Positions 39,247 through 50,100 of a stretch of 64,000 bases of DNA are shown here, piece after piece. The stretch is from a virus. Under the pieces are notes generated by a model, which did no database searches, had not been told where the DNA came from, and saw only the letters and a program-made list of their open reading frames with translations. How positions within the stretch are numbered: the stretch's first letter is position 1; each line of letters opens with the position of its first letter. A program made the position numbers and the translations under genes. The stretch covers positions 43,023 to 107,022 of the IMG/VR virus record IMGVR_UViG_3300044638_008494. The stretch is one strand, 5' to 3'.

Positions 39247-40101
39247 TTATATTTTTTGGCTTGGGCACCAGCTATCCTGATAAACTTGAGAAATATTTGT
39301 GCTATGAGGCTTATTTTTCTTTTCTTTTTCTTTTTCAGCCAGCTTAATAGCCTCTTCTTTTTTATACTCTGTTATTTTTTTAACAACAAATTTGCAAAGC
39401 TCAGATCTTAAAATATCATCTTCTGTAAAATGAAAATGATGTATTCCTTTATTTTTTGACTCTTCGCATGAAAATAATTCTACTATTTTTTCAAAAGCGC
39501 CCTGCTTGTTGTATGGAAGATCAGATTGTGATGGATCTGCACATATAATCATTTTTGTAAATTTGCCAATTCTCGTAAGTAGCGTGCCAAATTCAGACAA
39601 CGTAGCATTTTGCATTTCGTCCATAAGCACAACTCTTGCTGCAAAACTTAATCCGCGACAAAAATTAATAGGCTGATTAGTAATTCTATTGTCGCCTTTT
39701 AATCTTTTAATCTGATCTATTGGCAATAGCTCTTCTAATTTGTCAGCAAACGGCATCATATAAACATCATATTTTGATTGCAAATCGCCTGGTAAATAAC
39801 CAAGTTTTGAATCTGCGCTTTCTACAGCTGCCCTTACGCAAATAATGTCCGAAGCTTTTTTATCATTAAGCATTTGTAGCGCAGCCCTTACAGCTATTAA
39901 AGTTTTTGATGATCCGGCTGGGCCACTTACAAATACAATTCTCGTATCCTTATTACTAATTAATTTAAAAAATTCTTTTTGCTTGTCAGTCCACTCTAAT
40001 TCTCTTATTTTAAGCTCAAAGTCGATTTTATCTCTTTGATAAACCTTTGGGCTCTTATCCTCAGCTTTGCGCATACCACGCGCTGGTTGCTTTTTAGACA
40101 T
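39247..40101 (-). CDS. phoH: PhoH-family ATPase
   Basis: GPAGSSKT P-loop; LGYLPGDL, RGLSF, DEMQN, LTRIG, DPSQSD and DILRS motifs. Confidence 0.93.
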   Translation of the reverse strand: MSKKQPARGMRKAEDKSPKVYQRDKIDFELKIRELEWTDKQKEFFKLISNKDTRIVFVSGPAGSSKTLIAVRAALQMLNDKKASDIICVRAAVESADSKLGYLPGDLQSKYDVYMMPFADKLEELLPIDQIKRLKGDNRITNQPINFCRGLSFAARVVLMDEMQNATLSEFGTLLTRIGKFTKMIICADPSQSDLPYNKQGAFEKIVELFSCEESKNKGIHHFHFTEDDILRSELCKFVVKKITEYKKEEAIKLAEKEKEKKNKPHSTNISQVYQDSWCPSQKI

Positions 40102-40109
40102 ATATTAAT

Positions 40110-40196
40110 ATTACAGTAATTATATTTAGATATTTTTTTAAAAATATTTATTTATTTTTTTATATTTAATAGTGTATACTTACATATTTATGTAAT
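40110..40196. promoter_or_regulatory. Divergent pair of TGTAAT late promoter motifs
   Basis: TGTAAT on minus at 40110-40115 before phoH and on plus at 40191-40196 before 40204. Confidence 0.55.
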
Positions 40197-40203
40197 ATAA
40201 GTT

Positions 40204-41421
40204 ATGCAAGTTTATCCGTTAAGAGATGCGTTACACCCATCAGCACTATTTTTTATTGAAAAATGTGACAGCTTAGGGGTTGAATTAAATGCTCAGGAAG
40301 CAGAAGCTGTTAATTTTTTAGTCACCAGATTAATACAAACAAATTTGTGGAATAAATTTAGAGTAATATATCCATTTGTTGGAAGAAGTGCTAAAACACA
40401 TAGTTTAAATTTAAGAAATATTTTTAGACATAAAGTAAATTGGTTTGGTGGAATTTGGCATGATAAATTTGGAATAAATGCAGATGGTGTTTCCGGATAT
40501 GGAAATACCTATTTTGCGCCATCTTGGCTTGATGATGAAGACATTCATGTTTCAGTTTATACTGGAACGTACTGGTCGGACGCAAATGAAAACTGCCCCT
40601 TGATAGGTACAAGCAGCAGTTCTGTTAGTGTGCCCAATCGTGGCTTGGGCTGGATGCACGCAATATATTTAAGATCCCCAACGCCAACCATAGCTTATGA
40701 AGAAAATGGAATCACGCATTATAAGTTACCCCCAGTTTTCACATACTCGTGCACGCCACCAGACAGTACAGCTTCATCTGGAATGTTTGCCGGAGAAGAT
40801 GCTTCGAATCAAAATCATTGGTTAGCGCACGGTTTAATTGCTGGAACAAATGGAAGAAATTGCTATGTGTGTGGTAAAAGATTTGGAGTTAGCATGTCTC
40901 AAGGAGGATTTAGAAATCCAATCAATCCAGAGTCCGGAAATGACCCCATAGAAGGTAAACGTATTTTATATAGTCAGTTTCCTTTTTTATTATTTGGCAA
41001 TGGGCGTTTTGGAAGCAGCGGTCAGGCAAGAGGCAAAGGAAATTTACGATTTGCTAGCATTGGTTATAATTTAACTGAAAGTGAAAATAAAATTTTTTAT
41101 GATATAGTTAATGGGTTTCAAACAATTTTAAATAGAAATGTTCCGTGCAATGAAATAAACCCAGTACCGGCTTTGTATAAGGAAAAAACAACATTTTATC
41201 CATCAATAAATATAACAGGTGGCAAAAGAAAAATTGGTCGGTTAATTAACCAAATGAAGGACTTTACAAGATTAACTCCAGATAAATCTTCGAGATATAA
41301 AAGAGATGCTCTGTCAGCATCAATGACAATAAAATCATGTACAAGAGTTGGTCCAAGAAGAATTTTTTTGGGTGATGGCGCGATGCCATCTGTTGCAATA
41401 CTAGATTTAATAGAAAACTAA
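40204..41421 (+). CDS. Virion protein, family A (LWNKF..IYPFVG; LamG-like)
   Basis: Paralog of 46284-47126 and, more distantly, of the N-terminus of 50268-53627. Confidence 0.6.
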   Translation: MQVYPLRDALHPSALFFIEKCDSLGVELNAQEAEAVNFLVTRLIQTNLWNKFRVIYPFVGRSAKTHSLNLRNIFRHKVNWFGGIWHDKFGINADGVSGYGNTYFAPSWLDDEDIHVSVYTGTYWSDANENCPLIGTSSSSVSVPNRGLGWMHAIYLRSPTPTIAYEENGITHYKLPPVFTYSCTPPDSTASSGMFAGEDASNQNHWLAHGLIAGTNGRNCYVCGKRFGVSMSQGGFRNPINPESGNDPIEGKRILYSQFPFLLFGNGRFGSSGQARGKGNLRFASIGYNLTESENKIFYDIVNGFQTILNRNVPCNEINPVPALYKEKTTFYPSINITGGKRKIGRLINQMKDFTRLTPDKSSRYKRDALSASMTIKSCTRVGPRRIFLGDGAMPSVAILDLIEN

Positions 41422-41451
41422 AGATATAATTTTATTATAACTAATCGCTTA

Positions 41452-42582
41452 ATGAATGTTTTTTTAAGAAAATTTAAAGAATACAATATTTCTCCAAATA
41501 TTGGTATAGGCGGCTATTGGAATATAGCAATAGTTAACAAAAATGGCCAAGAAAAATTTCCATTTGGTCATCATATGAAAAAAAATATGATACTTGATCA
41601 AGGACTTGACATATTAGCTTCCAATAAATATTATACTAGTTATGGCGGATTGAACTGGAACGCCACTTCTGCATTTCTATTAGGCGATGCTGTCCTTGGC
41701 GGATCTTCTATACCAGTAAGCCCTTCAGACGTTTCGCTTAACAATGAGTTACAATCGACTAATATTATTAATGATGATTCTTGTACAATAAATGATGATT
41801 ATATAAATGGATCCAGAACTTTTAGAAAAGTTTATGACTTCCAAACCCCCCAATCTCCAATAGCGGTAAGAGAGTTTGGAATTAGAACTAGATTTAATGC
41901 CGTGAACAATCAAAATAAAATGTTTTCAAGATTTGTGTTGCCTGAAAATATTTCTATAGGCACGCAAGAATTTGTAAGGTTATTTTATGATTTTACAATA
42001 AAATGCGATGCAATTGTTAATCCCATAAATGTTACAAGATCTTCCGGAACATTAAACTGTAATGGTGTTTTAAAATTATGCGGCAGATTTGATGATATAT
42101 TCGGAGCATATGATGCTAATGGAAATCCAATTATAAGATACGGAGATTCGCCCCAATCAACATTTATGCCATATTGTGAAGAATTTTGTGTGCAGGAAAA
42201 TTGCTTGCATAAATGCATCGGCACTGCCTATTTAATAGCGGACATATTTATACCAACTAGTCCCGGCTCATCAATTATTGGCGAGTGGGTTGGTTCAAAA
42301 CCAACAGAGGATGAAAATACAGTAATAGCATCATCATATATAAATGGCAATTTTTACAGAGACATAACATATATATTTGAAAGAGGAAATCCTTTTGAAA
42401 ATAAACCCTTTCAAGGTTTTTTATTTAGTACGGCAAAGTCTGATAGAGAAAATACGGTAGCCGGATGGTTTTGGGAATTTAATAATAAACAAATTAAATT
42501 AATAGAAAAAGAAATTGTAATACAGATAAGGCAATCTATGTCAAGGATAGATACGCCAGATACCATGTCGTATGCACCATAA
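41452..42582 (+). CDS. Tail-fibre attachment-like protein, family B
   Basis: PFG...KN.ILD...SRTF...YDF...E.G...SRF.LP...YDF motif set shared with 42572, 53656 and 54806. Confidence 0.6.
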   Translation: MNVFLRKFKEYNISPNIGIGGYWNIAIVNKNGQEKFPFGHHMKKNMILDQGLDILASNKYYTSYGGLNWNATSAFLLGDAVLGGSSIPVSPSDVSLNNELQSTNIINDDSCTINDDYINGSRTFRKVYDFQTPQSPIAVREFGIRTRFNAVNNQNKMFSRFVLPENISIGTQEFVRLFYDFTIKCDAIVNPINVTRSSGTLNCNGVLKLCGRFDDIFGAYDANGNPIIRYGDSPQSTFMPYCEEFCVQENCLHKCIGTAYLIADIFIPTSPGSSIIGEWVGSKPTEDENTVIASSYINGNFYRDITYIFERGNPFENKPFQGFLFSTAKSDRENTVAGWFWEFNNKQIKLIEKEIVIQIRQSMSRIDTPDTMSYAP

Positions 42583-45500
42583 TCAAAGCAATAATATTAA
42601 AGCAGATGCCAATGCCGATGCTTTTGTATCGGCAAAATGGAATATTCAGATATGCCAATCTGGAGATATTGACGGTTCTAAAACAATATACCCGTTTGGT
42701 AAAAAAATGAGAAAAAATGCCATTTTAGATAACTGGCTTAGATCGGTAATATTACTATTTCAACAAACTCAATCAAATGTGAAGACCTTAGATGGGTCTG
42801 TAAATATGCGAGAGCTTACTCGTGGATATATACAATTAGGAACCGGAATTAAACCAATATCTTATTCAGATGTTCAATTATCATCATTTATAAGAGAGAG
42901 TGATTATATAAGGCCCTTTTATGGGTTTGAGACTGGTTATGGAATAATAGAATCAGGCGCAGCAATTTTTAGAAGAAGTTATGATTTTTTACCAGAAGTT
43001 AAAAATATAACATATACAGAGGCTGGTTTCAGGCCATACGCCGCATCTCTTATAAACGATAATAATTTAAAAAATAAAATATGGTCTAGATTTTTGTTTA
43101 CTGCAGAAACAGGAGTGATAGGCTTTTTAAGCGGATATATAGATAATAGTGGTATTTTTAGAATGTTTGATCATGAGATTGATCATGTAAGTGGTGTTTT
43201 TGTAGCCAATGATAAATATAATATTTCACCATTCAAATCCCGAAGAAATGAAAGAATAATTGGATTTGTAAGCGGATTTAGATTTCCAAACGGGCAATTC
43301 TCTGGGTATGCTCCAGACCCAAGATATAACTTAAGTGGTTACTTTGTAAGCGGTACAAAATATAATTTTAATCCAATTACAGAACTTTCCAACCAGCCAA
43401 TAACAGGTTATATATCTGGATATGCAGATGAGTTTGGTAATTTTTCAGGGTTTAGTAATCGTTCAATATCTGGAGTTAGTGGTTATTTTATAGATAATAA
43501 TGCTTACAAATTTAAACCAAATAGATATTTTGAATCGGAAACGATCACTGGCTTTATAAGCGGATCAATTGACAAATACAATAATTTTTCAGGAAATATT
43601 AACAATCCTTCAAGTGGGTATCTAATAAATAGCGAAAAATATAATTTTCCAACAGGAAATATGTTTTCTGGCTTTTCAGGTCAAGATTATTTTTATGACG
43701 ATTGGGGTTATAATTATAGTGGATTTAATAATATTAACAGTGGATTTTCAGGCAATAATAAATTTAATGAAAAAATAATTGGATATATAAGTGGATATTT
43801 AAATGTATCTGGAGTTTTTTCCGGATTGAATCTTTTGAATACATCATCCGGATCAAGTGGTTATTTTATTGACAATCAAAGATTTCAATTCCCATCCATT
43901 GGATTTAATAAATTTGATAATCAATATTTGTTTAACAAAAACATCGGATATAATTATACTGGGTTTAACTTTGCTGATGGTAGTGGATTTTCTGGCGTAG
44001 AATTTGGCAATTCTGGCTTATGTATAGTAACTGGATTTATTGGTGATAGAAATTTTTATACAGGAAACGGCATTTATACTAATGATATTGGAAATAGAAT
44101 TTTATTAAAATATAGTGGAGAATTTAGCGGTTTTGATGGAGAAATATTAACTCAAGACATAAAAACATATTCATATTCAACTGTTAATTTCTTCATTAGC
44201 GGAACTAGTGGATTTAGCGGTATCAGTGGAGCGATATCTGGTTATGGAATATTAACAGGAATAATTGGTAGCCGCACAATATTTTATAAAAGTGGTCAAT
44301 TCGAAGCCTTTGAAAATAATCAATTATTTCAAAAATATTTGGATTATAAATATACTGGATTTTCTTTTCCGCAAGGTAGTGGTTTTTCTGGTACAGATTT
44401 TTTAAATTCCGGTCACGGCATAATGACTGGATTTATTGGAGATAGAAATACAGTTAATTTTTCTGGTAGATACAGTGGCCTGAGCGGAATACCAACTCAC
44501 GAATATGGATGGTACTATACAGAAGAAGGTTTTTTTGGCTCAGGGCTTCCAAATTTTACAGGAACTTTTACTGGCGGAAAATTTGATATAGGCCTAACTG
44601 GATTTAGCGGAACACCATTTCCTTCTGGAGAAAAAATTATAGGTTTTATAAGTGGATACGTAAATGAATTAAATAGTTTTGTTAGATTTGACAACGTCAA
44701 CGTTCCAAATTTTACAGGATATAGTGGTTATTATACAGACAATAGACAAAGATTTTTTCCAACAGGAGATTTATTCTCTGGATTTTCTGGGCAAAGCGGC
44801 TTTGATGCTAATTTGCAATACAGATTTACGGGGTTTAGCTTTCCAGAAGGAAGTGGTTTTTCGGGAAATGCCTGGCCTATAATTCAGAAAGAAAACGTTG
44901 TTGGATTTATAAGCGGTTTCATGACTGAAGTTCAGCAATTTATACCATTTCAAAACCTATATCCAGAACTATCATCAAGCGGATATTATATCAGTGGAGC
45001 CCAAAGATTTTTTCCAACTGGAAATTTATTCTCTGGATTTTTTGGACAGTCAGGGCTAGATGTGTCAGCATATGAATATTCTGGATTTTTCTTATCTGGC
45101 CCGAGTGGTTTCAGTGGTGCCAACTTTATTGGATCCGGAACTGGAATATTAACTGGAATTATAGGATATAGAAAATATCCAACATACCCATTTTCTGGAA
45201 GTGGAGTAATAACTGGATACATTGGCGACCGAAATGTTTTAAAATATAGCAATACTGGCATACTTACAGGACTTATTGGTTACAAAGATTATATCTCCGG
45301 TGTCCAACTTGAATATGGTCAATTTGTTAGAGTTACTTATGAAGTTATGAGCCGTATCCCAATGCTTACTGGAGCAATTCAAGTAACAGGGTCTAATTTA
45401 GTAGACGGAGGTTTTAATGCAAGTGGACAATTAAAGCTTATTGGTTTATATGAATATATTTTTGGCTACTGGAAAATGAGAAACAACGGAAGACACACTG

Positions 45501-46282
45501 AAGGGCCATTTGTTGAAGGCTTTTGGTGGCCATCAAATCCGGTTCATTGCTTTAGAGATTGGAGAGTTCCTAATGTTGCCTGCCCATACCCGCTAACACA
45601 TTTAAGTGCAAACTTAATACAGTCTGGGTATGGAACATTTCCGCCAATAGATCAAGTGCGAAGATTACCAGCAGTTAACTTCAATAATGATGAGGCTGGC
45701 TGCATGACAGCATCTACTAGAGGCCCTGACTGCTCACAAGGAGCAAATCAATTTATTTTAGATATTAAAAGGCAAGTAAGGTGGTCTTCAAGGGAGGAAA
45801 TACCAGATGATGGAGATGATAGAATAGACTCTCGTGTTCCAATCTATCCCGTTGTAAGCAATGGTCTTGTTCAAGAAACTTATGACCAAAACACAAAGCC
45901 AGCATATGTAGATATAAAAATAATATTTCCAGCAGAATATCCAAATGCAGATGTTGCTATTAATGGTATATATATATCACCATCAATAGATGAGTGTGTT
46001 TTGTGTCAAGGAGGAAACAGTTGCTTTAATCAATTCTTAAAACCTTACAGTCCAGATCCTGAATGGATAGTCTACCCGTGCAAATCTGGATGGACACCAG
46101 ATCAAGGAGACTATCATGTTGTAAAAAATGAAGATATGCCTGACAGTATAAAAGCAAGCTATGGGATAAGCGGCAGGCAGGGCGTCGGATGGGCATATCT
46201 TTTCAACACGCCGCAAATGAAATATGAAGATCAAAAAATAGAAGTAGATTTTAGATTTTCTATGGTTAGAGACATAATATAA
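42572..46282 (+). CDS. Family B fibre protein carrying seven nested SG modules
   Basis: Family B domain split between WSRFLF and GVQLEYGQFVRVTY by a ~730-aa SG/TG-rich insert. Confidence 0.65.
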   Translation: MHHNQSNNIKADANADAFVSAKWNIQICQSGDIDGSKTIYPFGKKMRKNAILDNWLRSVILLFQQTQSNVKTLDGSVNMRELTRGYIQLGTGIKPISYSDVQLSSFIRESDYIRPFYGFETGYGIIESGAAIFRRSYDFLPEVKNITYTEAGFRPYAASLINDNNLKNKIWSRFLFTAETGVIGFLSGYIDNSGIFRMFDHEIDHVSGVFVANDKYNISPFKSRRNERIIGFVSGFRFPNGQFSGYAPDPRYNLSGYFVSGTKYNFNPITELSNQPITGYISGYADEFGNFSGFSNRSISGVSGYFIDNNAYKFKPNRYFESETITGFISGSIDKYNNFSGNINNPSSGYLINSEKYNFPTGNMFSGFSGQDYFYDDWGYNYSGFNNINSGFSGNNKFNEKIIGYISGYLNVSGVFSGLNLLNTSSGSSGYFIDNQRFQFPSIGFNKFDNQYLFNKNIGYNYTGFNFADGSGFSGVEFGNSGLCIVTGFIGDRNFYTGNGIYTNDIGNRILLKYSGEFSGFDGEILTQDIKTYSYSTVNFFISGTSGFSGISGAISGYGILTGIIGSRTIFYKSGQFEAFENNQLFQKYLDYKYTGFSFPQGSGFSGTDFLNSGHGIMTGFIGDRNTVNFSGRYSGLSGIPTHEYGWYYTEEGFFGSGLPNFTGTFTGGKFDIGLTGFSGTPFPSGEKIIGFISGYVNELNSFVRFDNVNVPNFTGYSGYYTDNRQRFFPTGDLFSGFSGQSGFDANLQYRFTGFSFPEGSGFSGNAWPIIQKENVVGFISGFMTEVQQFIPFQNLYPELSSSGYYISGAQRFFPTGNLFSGFFGQSGLDVSAYEYSGFFLSGPSGFSGANFIGSGTGILTGIIGYRKYPTYPFSGSGVITGYIGDRNVLKYSNTGILTGLIGYKDYISGVQLEYGQFVRVTYEVMSRIPMLTGAIQVTGSNLVDGGFNASGQLKLIGLYEYIFGYWKMRNNGRHTEGPFVEGFWWPSNPVHCFRDWRVPNVACPYPLTHLSANLIQSGYGTFPPIDQVRRLPAVNFNNDEAGCMTASTRGPDCSQGANQFILDIKRQVRWSSREEIPDDGDDRIDSRVPIYPVVSNGLVQETYDQNTKPAYVDIKIIFPAEYPNADVAINGIYISPSIDECVLCQGGNSCFNQFLKPYSPDPEWIVYPCKSGWTPDQGDYHVVKNEDMPDSIKASYGISGRQGVGWAYLFNTPQMKYEDQKIEVDFRFSMVRDII

Positions 46283-46283
46283 T

Positions 46284-47126
46284 ATGTTTAATAGGCAAGG
46301 TACAGATTTTGTAAATGGTCTTGTATATCCGCTTATAAATGCAGCGGGTGGTGAAGATAAATTTTTAAGACACGAAATCGGAGCACTCTCTGAGCTTGCA
46401 GATGCACTAGTTCAATTTAATTTATGGAATAAATTTATAGCCATTTATCCATTTGTGGGAAGAAATATAATCACATCGTCTTTTAATTTTAAAAACCCAC
46501 AACAATATAGAATATCATGGTATGGCGGATTACTTTTTGATAAAAATGGCGTTACAAACAATACAAACTCCTCTTATGGCCAAACAAATATTCCACTGAC
46601 TTTTTTTCAAAAGAATATTAATAATGTTCATATTTCTGCTTATAACAGAACAGACATAAAAGATGTTATTGGAGATGGTAGAATGATTGGTGTGAATACA
46701 TTAGAAATTGAAAGAAATGTAAAAGATATGGGGGCATTTGAACTAAACTTTGGCAATAACAATGGGATTATTGGATATGTTTATAACAAAATAAATGATC
46801 TGGGAGGCTTTGGTCTTCTAAGAAACGAAATGATAAGTAGTGGTATTTCTGGCAAAGGCCTGATGATAGGTCTTAATACAAGCCATTGCTATCTAAATGG
46901 CCAAACCTTTGGGCGCTGGTTTCCGGCATTACCAACGGAAATTCACGATACAAATAATAAAACATTATTATTATTTGGAAATAGATTTTTTACAAGAGTT
47001 ACTTCGAGTGCAAATATCAACCTGTCATTTGCTAGTGTTGGTTATGGATTAAATAAAATAGATGTATATAATTATACAAATATTGTAGAAAACTTTCAAA
47101 AAGCAATGTTCAGATCAGCACTGTAA
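46284..47126 (+). CDS. Virion protein, family A
   Basis: LWNKFIAIYPFVGR...HISAY...LLFGN...FASVGYGL, matching 40204-41421. Confidence 0.6.
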   Translation: MFNRQGTDFVNGLVYPLINAAGGEDKFLRHEIGALSELADALVQFNLWNKFIAIYPFVGRNIITSSFNFKNPQQYRISWYGGLLFDKNGVTNNTNSSYGQTNIPLTFFQKNINNVHISAYNRTDIKDVIGDGRMIGVNTLEIERNVKDMGAFELNFGNNNGIIGYVYNKINDLGGFGLLRNEMISSGISGKGLMIGLNTSHCYLNGQTFGRWFPALPTEIHDTNNKTLLLFGNRFFTRVTSSANINLSFASVGYGLNKIDVYNYTNIVENFQKAMFRSAL

Positions 47127-47127
47127 T
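47122..47127 (+). promoter_or_regulatory. Putative late promoter motif TGTAAT
   Basis: TGTAATATAAATAT-ATG, overlapping the upstream stop. Confidence 0.5.
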
Positions 47128-47135
47128 ATAAATAT

Positions 47136-50100
47136 ATGCCAAGCGTCTTTTCCATCGAATCTATCAATCTAAATGGCTCATTATTAACAGCCAATAATGA
47201 TAGGCTGTACATAAATGGCCAACAAGTAAAAAATACTTCTGGTGTTCAAATAAGCGAAAACTTTTTTATAAAAGGATATGCGCCTATTTCTTTTTATAGC
47301 CGATGGGCGGTTAGAGGTCAATATTTAAATGAAACATTATTGAATGACCTATTTATGGCCACTGGGTATGTTATTACCTGCGGATATCCAGCAACAGGAT
47401 CTATACCTTTGCAGGGAAGATTTTATCAAAGAAAAGTAGATTCAGTCATAGATGTTAAGCCAATAGCTGATTTTGAACTGCCACCAAGACAGGTGTATGT
47501 GCAAAAAGCTATTTCTGAAAAAATATATCCAGATAGTGTTTTGGGCCTTGATATAGCGCAAGCGCCAAATGAAATGCGAGCAATATCATGCCATTTGCTC
47601 GGATATTTTCCAGCGGCTGGCCACTTTGATAAGATGCCAAGAACTTTTAATTTTTATAGCCAATCTGAGCCAAAAGTTGGAAATGGAGCATACGAAGAGT
47701 ACATGCAATATAACGCAACATTTACAGGTGTTTCATTGTATTGTAGCGAAACGGGTCGTGGCCCAACCACATACCGTCAAGAAATAACAGGATATATAAG
47801 CGGATTTTTACAAAACGAACCGTTATATATTCCACTAAGTAGAGAGGCTGTTTATCAAACTTGTGATCCGTGCTATTCTCCACCAAATATGAGTGACTGG
47901 AGTGGATATTTTATAGATGGTAAAAAATATAATTTTAATACAGGAAATCAATTTTCTGGATTCAACGGAATATCTTTATTCTCGCAACAGTCTGGTTATG
48001 AATATTCTGGTTTTAAATTAAACAGCGGTACGTTTTTCAGCGGCTACTCTGATAGTGAATATGGGTTTGGCGAAATGCTGGAAACAGTAGGGTGGAGAGT
48101 GGCGCCATATCCAGAAACTGTTTCCGGCTTTATAAGCGGATACAGAACATCTGGCGGTAGTTTTATATTGCTTAGTGAAATAACAGGCTCTCGTGTTAGC
48201 AATTTTCCTCTTGATCCTAGCGGATATATAATAGGATCTAGTGGTTACTTTTTGAGTGGACAACAATACTTCTTCCCAGATATGATGCCAAGAAGGCAAA
48301 AAGTGGTTGGCTTTTTAAGTGGGTTTATGAGTAGTAATGGTATATTTACCCCATACCATACAACCAATCCTTTTACAAGCGGAAACAGCGGTTACTTTAT
48401 AACAAGACAATATTTTTTCCCAACAGGAAGATTTTTTTCTGGCTTTTCTGGTATGCCAGGCTTTTTAAATAATGCTACTGGTTATGGTTTTGTTTATTCT
48501 GGATTCGGTTTTCCAGAAGGTAGTGGATTTTCAGGCATGCAATTTACAACATCTGGAAGCGGCATAATGACTGGGATTATTGGTACTGGTGTTGTAATTC
48601 CAGATACAATATTTACAAGATTCAGCGGAATGTTTGGGTTTCAAGAAAATATGGGGTATGAATACTCTGGAATATTTTCAGATATATCAAGTAACTTTTT
48701 TTCCGGAATATTTCCTGATAGTTCTGGGGGAATTACTGGAATGGTAATTGGAAAAATTGGATATAGAAATGTTCCTACAAGGCGAGAAATTTCTGGCTTT
48801 ACAAAAGCCAAGTCTGTTACCAATTTTAGTGGATTTAATATTACTGGAAATAACATATCTGGCCTTAGCGGATATTTTATAGACAACAGGACAGTTTCAT
48901 TTTTAACAGGCGCCCCAAACCGCGATCTTTTAATAAAAGGCTTTGAAGGTTTTGATAATGAAAGTGGTTTTGATAATTTTGGATATGAGTATTCTGGGTT
49001 TCTTACAATGCCAAGCAGTGGATTTTCTGGACTCGGTATGCCATATCTTTTTTCAGAGCCTGTGACTGGATTTGTTAGTGGATTTTTAAGCGGACAAAGT
49101 AATACATTCATTAGGTTTACTGGATTTTCTGGTTCTAGCGGATATATCCTTGACGGAGACAAATATCATTTTCTACCAGCAAGATGGAAGAGTGGTCAGA
49201 ATATAAGCGGCTTTCAAAGTGGCACTGTAGACATATCCACCGAACAATTTGTACCTTTCAGCTTTCCAAATTCATCGAGTGGTTATTACATAAATGGAGT
49301 TCAATACTTTTTTCCAACAGGAACTGGGATAGATAATAGATTTAATGGATTTGATGATTCGCTGTTTGGATTTGACATGTCTATTGGATATTCTTATACT
49401 GGATTTGCAGGATTTAGCGCGGCTACAAATTTTAATCAACCGCCGAGGTTTCAAAAAGTTATTGGGTATATAAGTGGACTCCAAGATACATTCAATAGAT
49501 TTACCGGATTTCAACTTTTAAATTCAGCGTCTGGCTCAAGCGGATATTTTATAAATGGCAGAAGATATGTTTTTCCAATTTCTAATATGAGTGGATTTTC
49601 TGGATTAGGCCAGTTCTTTTATAATAATTTGGGCTTTTCATATACTGGATTTAGTTTTCCAGAAGGTAGTGGGTTTTCCGGTACAGTTGCTCAGCCATAT
49701 ACCCGAGGAATAATGACAGGCTTTATTGGTTTTAGATTGCTGCCCTCAGGTACTGGCATGATTACTGGCATGATAGGCTCTCGAAATGTTCCGCAAAGTT
49801 CTGGAACTTTTAATGGATTTAATGGGCTTAGCGGGTTCAATTTACAACAGGGCTACCAATACAGTATAGATATAAATACTTTTAATTATACAAATGCTAA
49901 TTTTATAGGTGAAAGCGGTCTAACATCTGGTCTTGGAGTTATAACTGGAAATATTGGGTATAGAAACGTGATCAGGCTTGATAAAAATTTTGGGACAGGA
50001 ATAATAACTGGAATTATAGGTTATAGAAATGTGCCATACATGAGCGCATTTAGCGGAAAATTTTACCGAAAAGACAAGTATGGAAATAAAAATATTCTTT

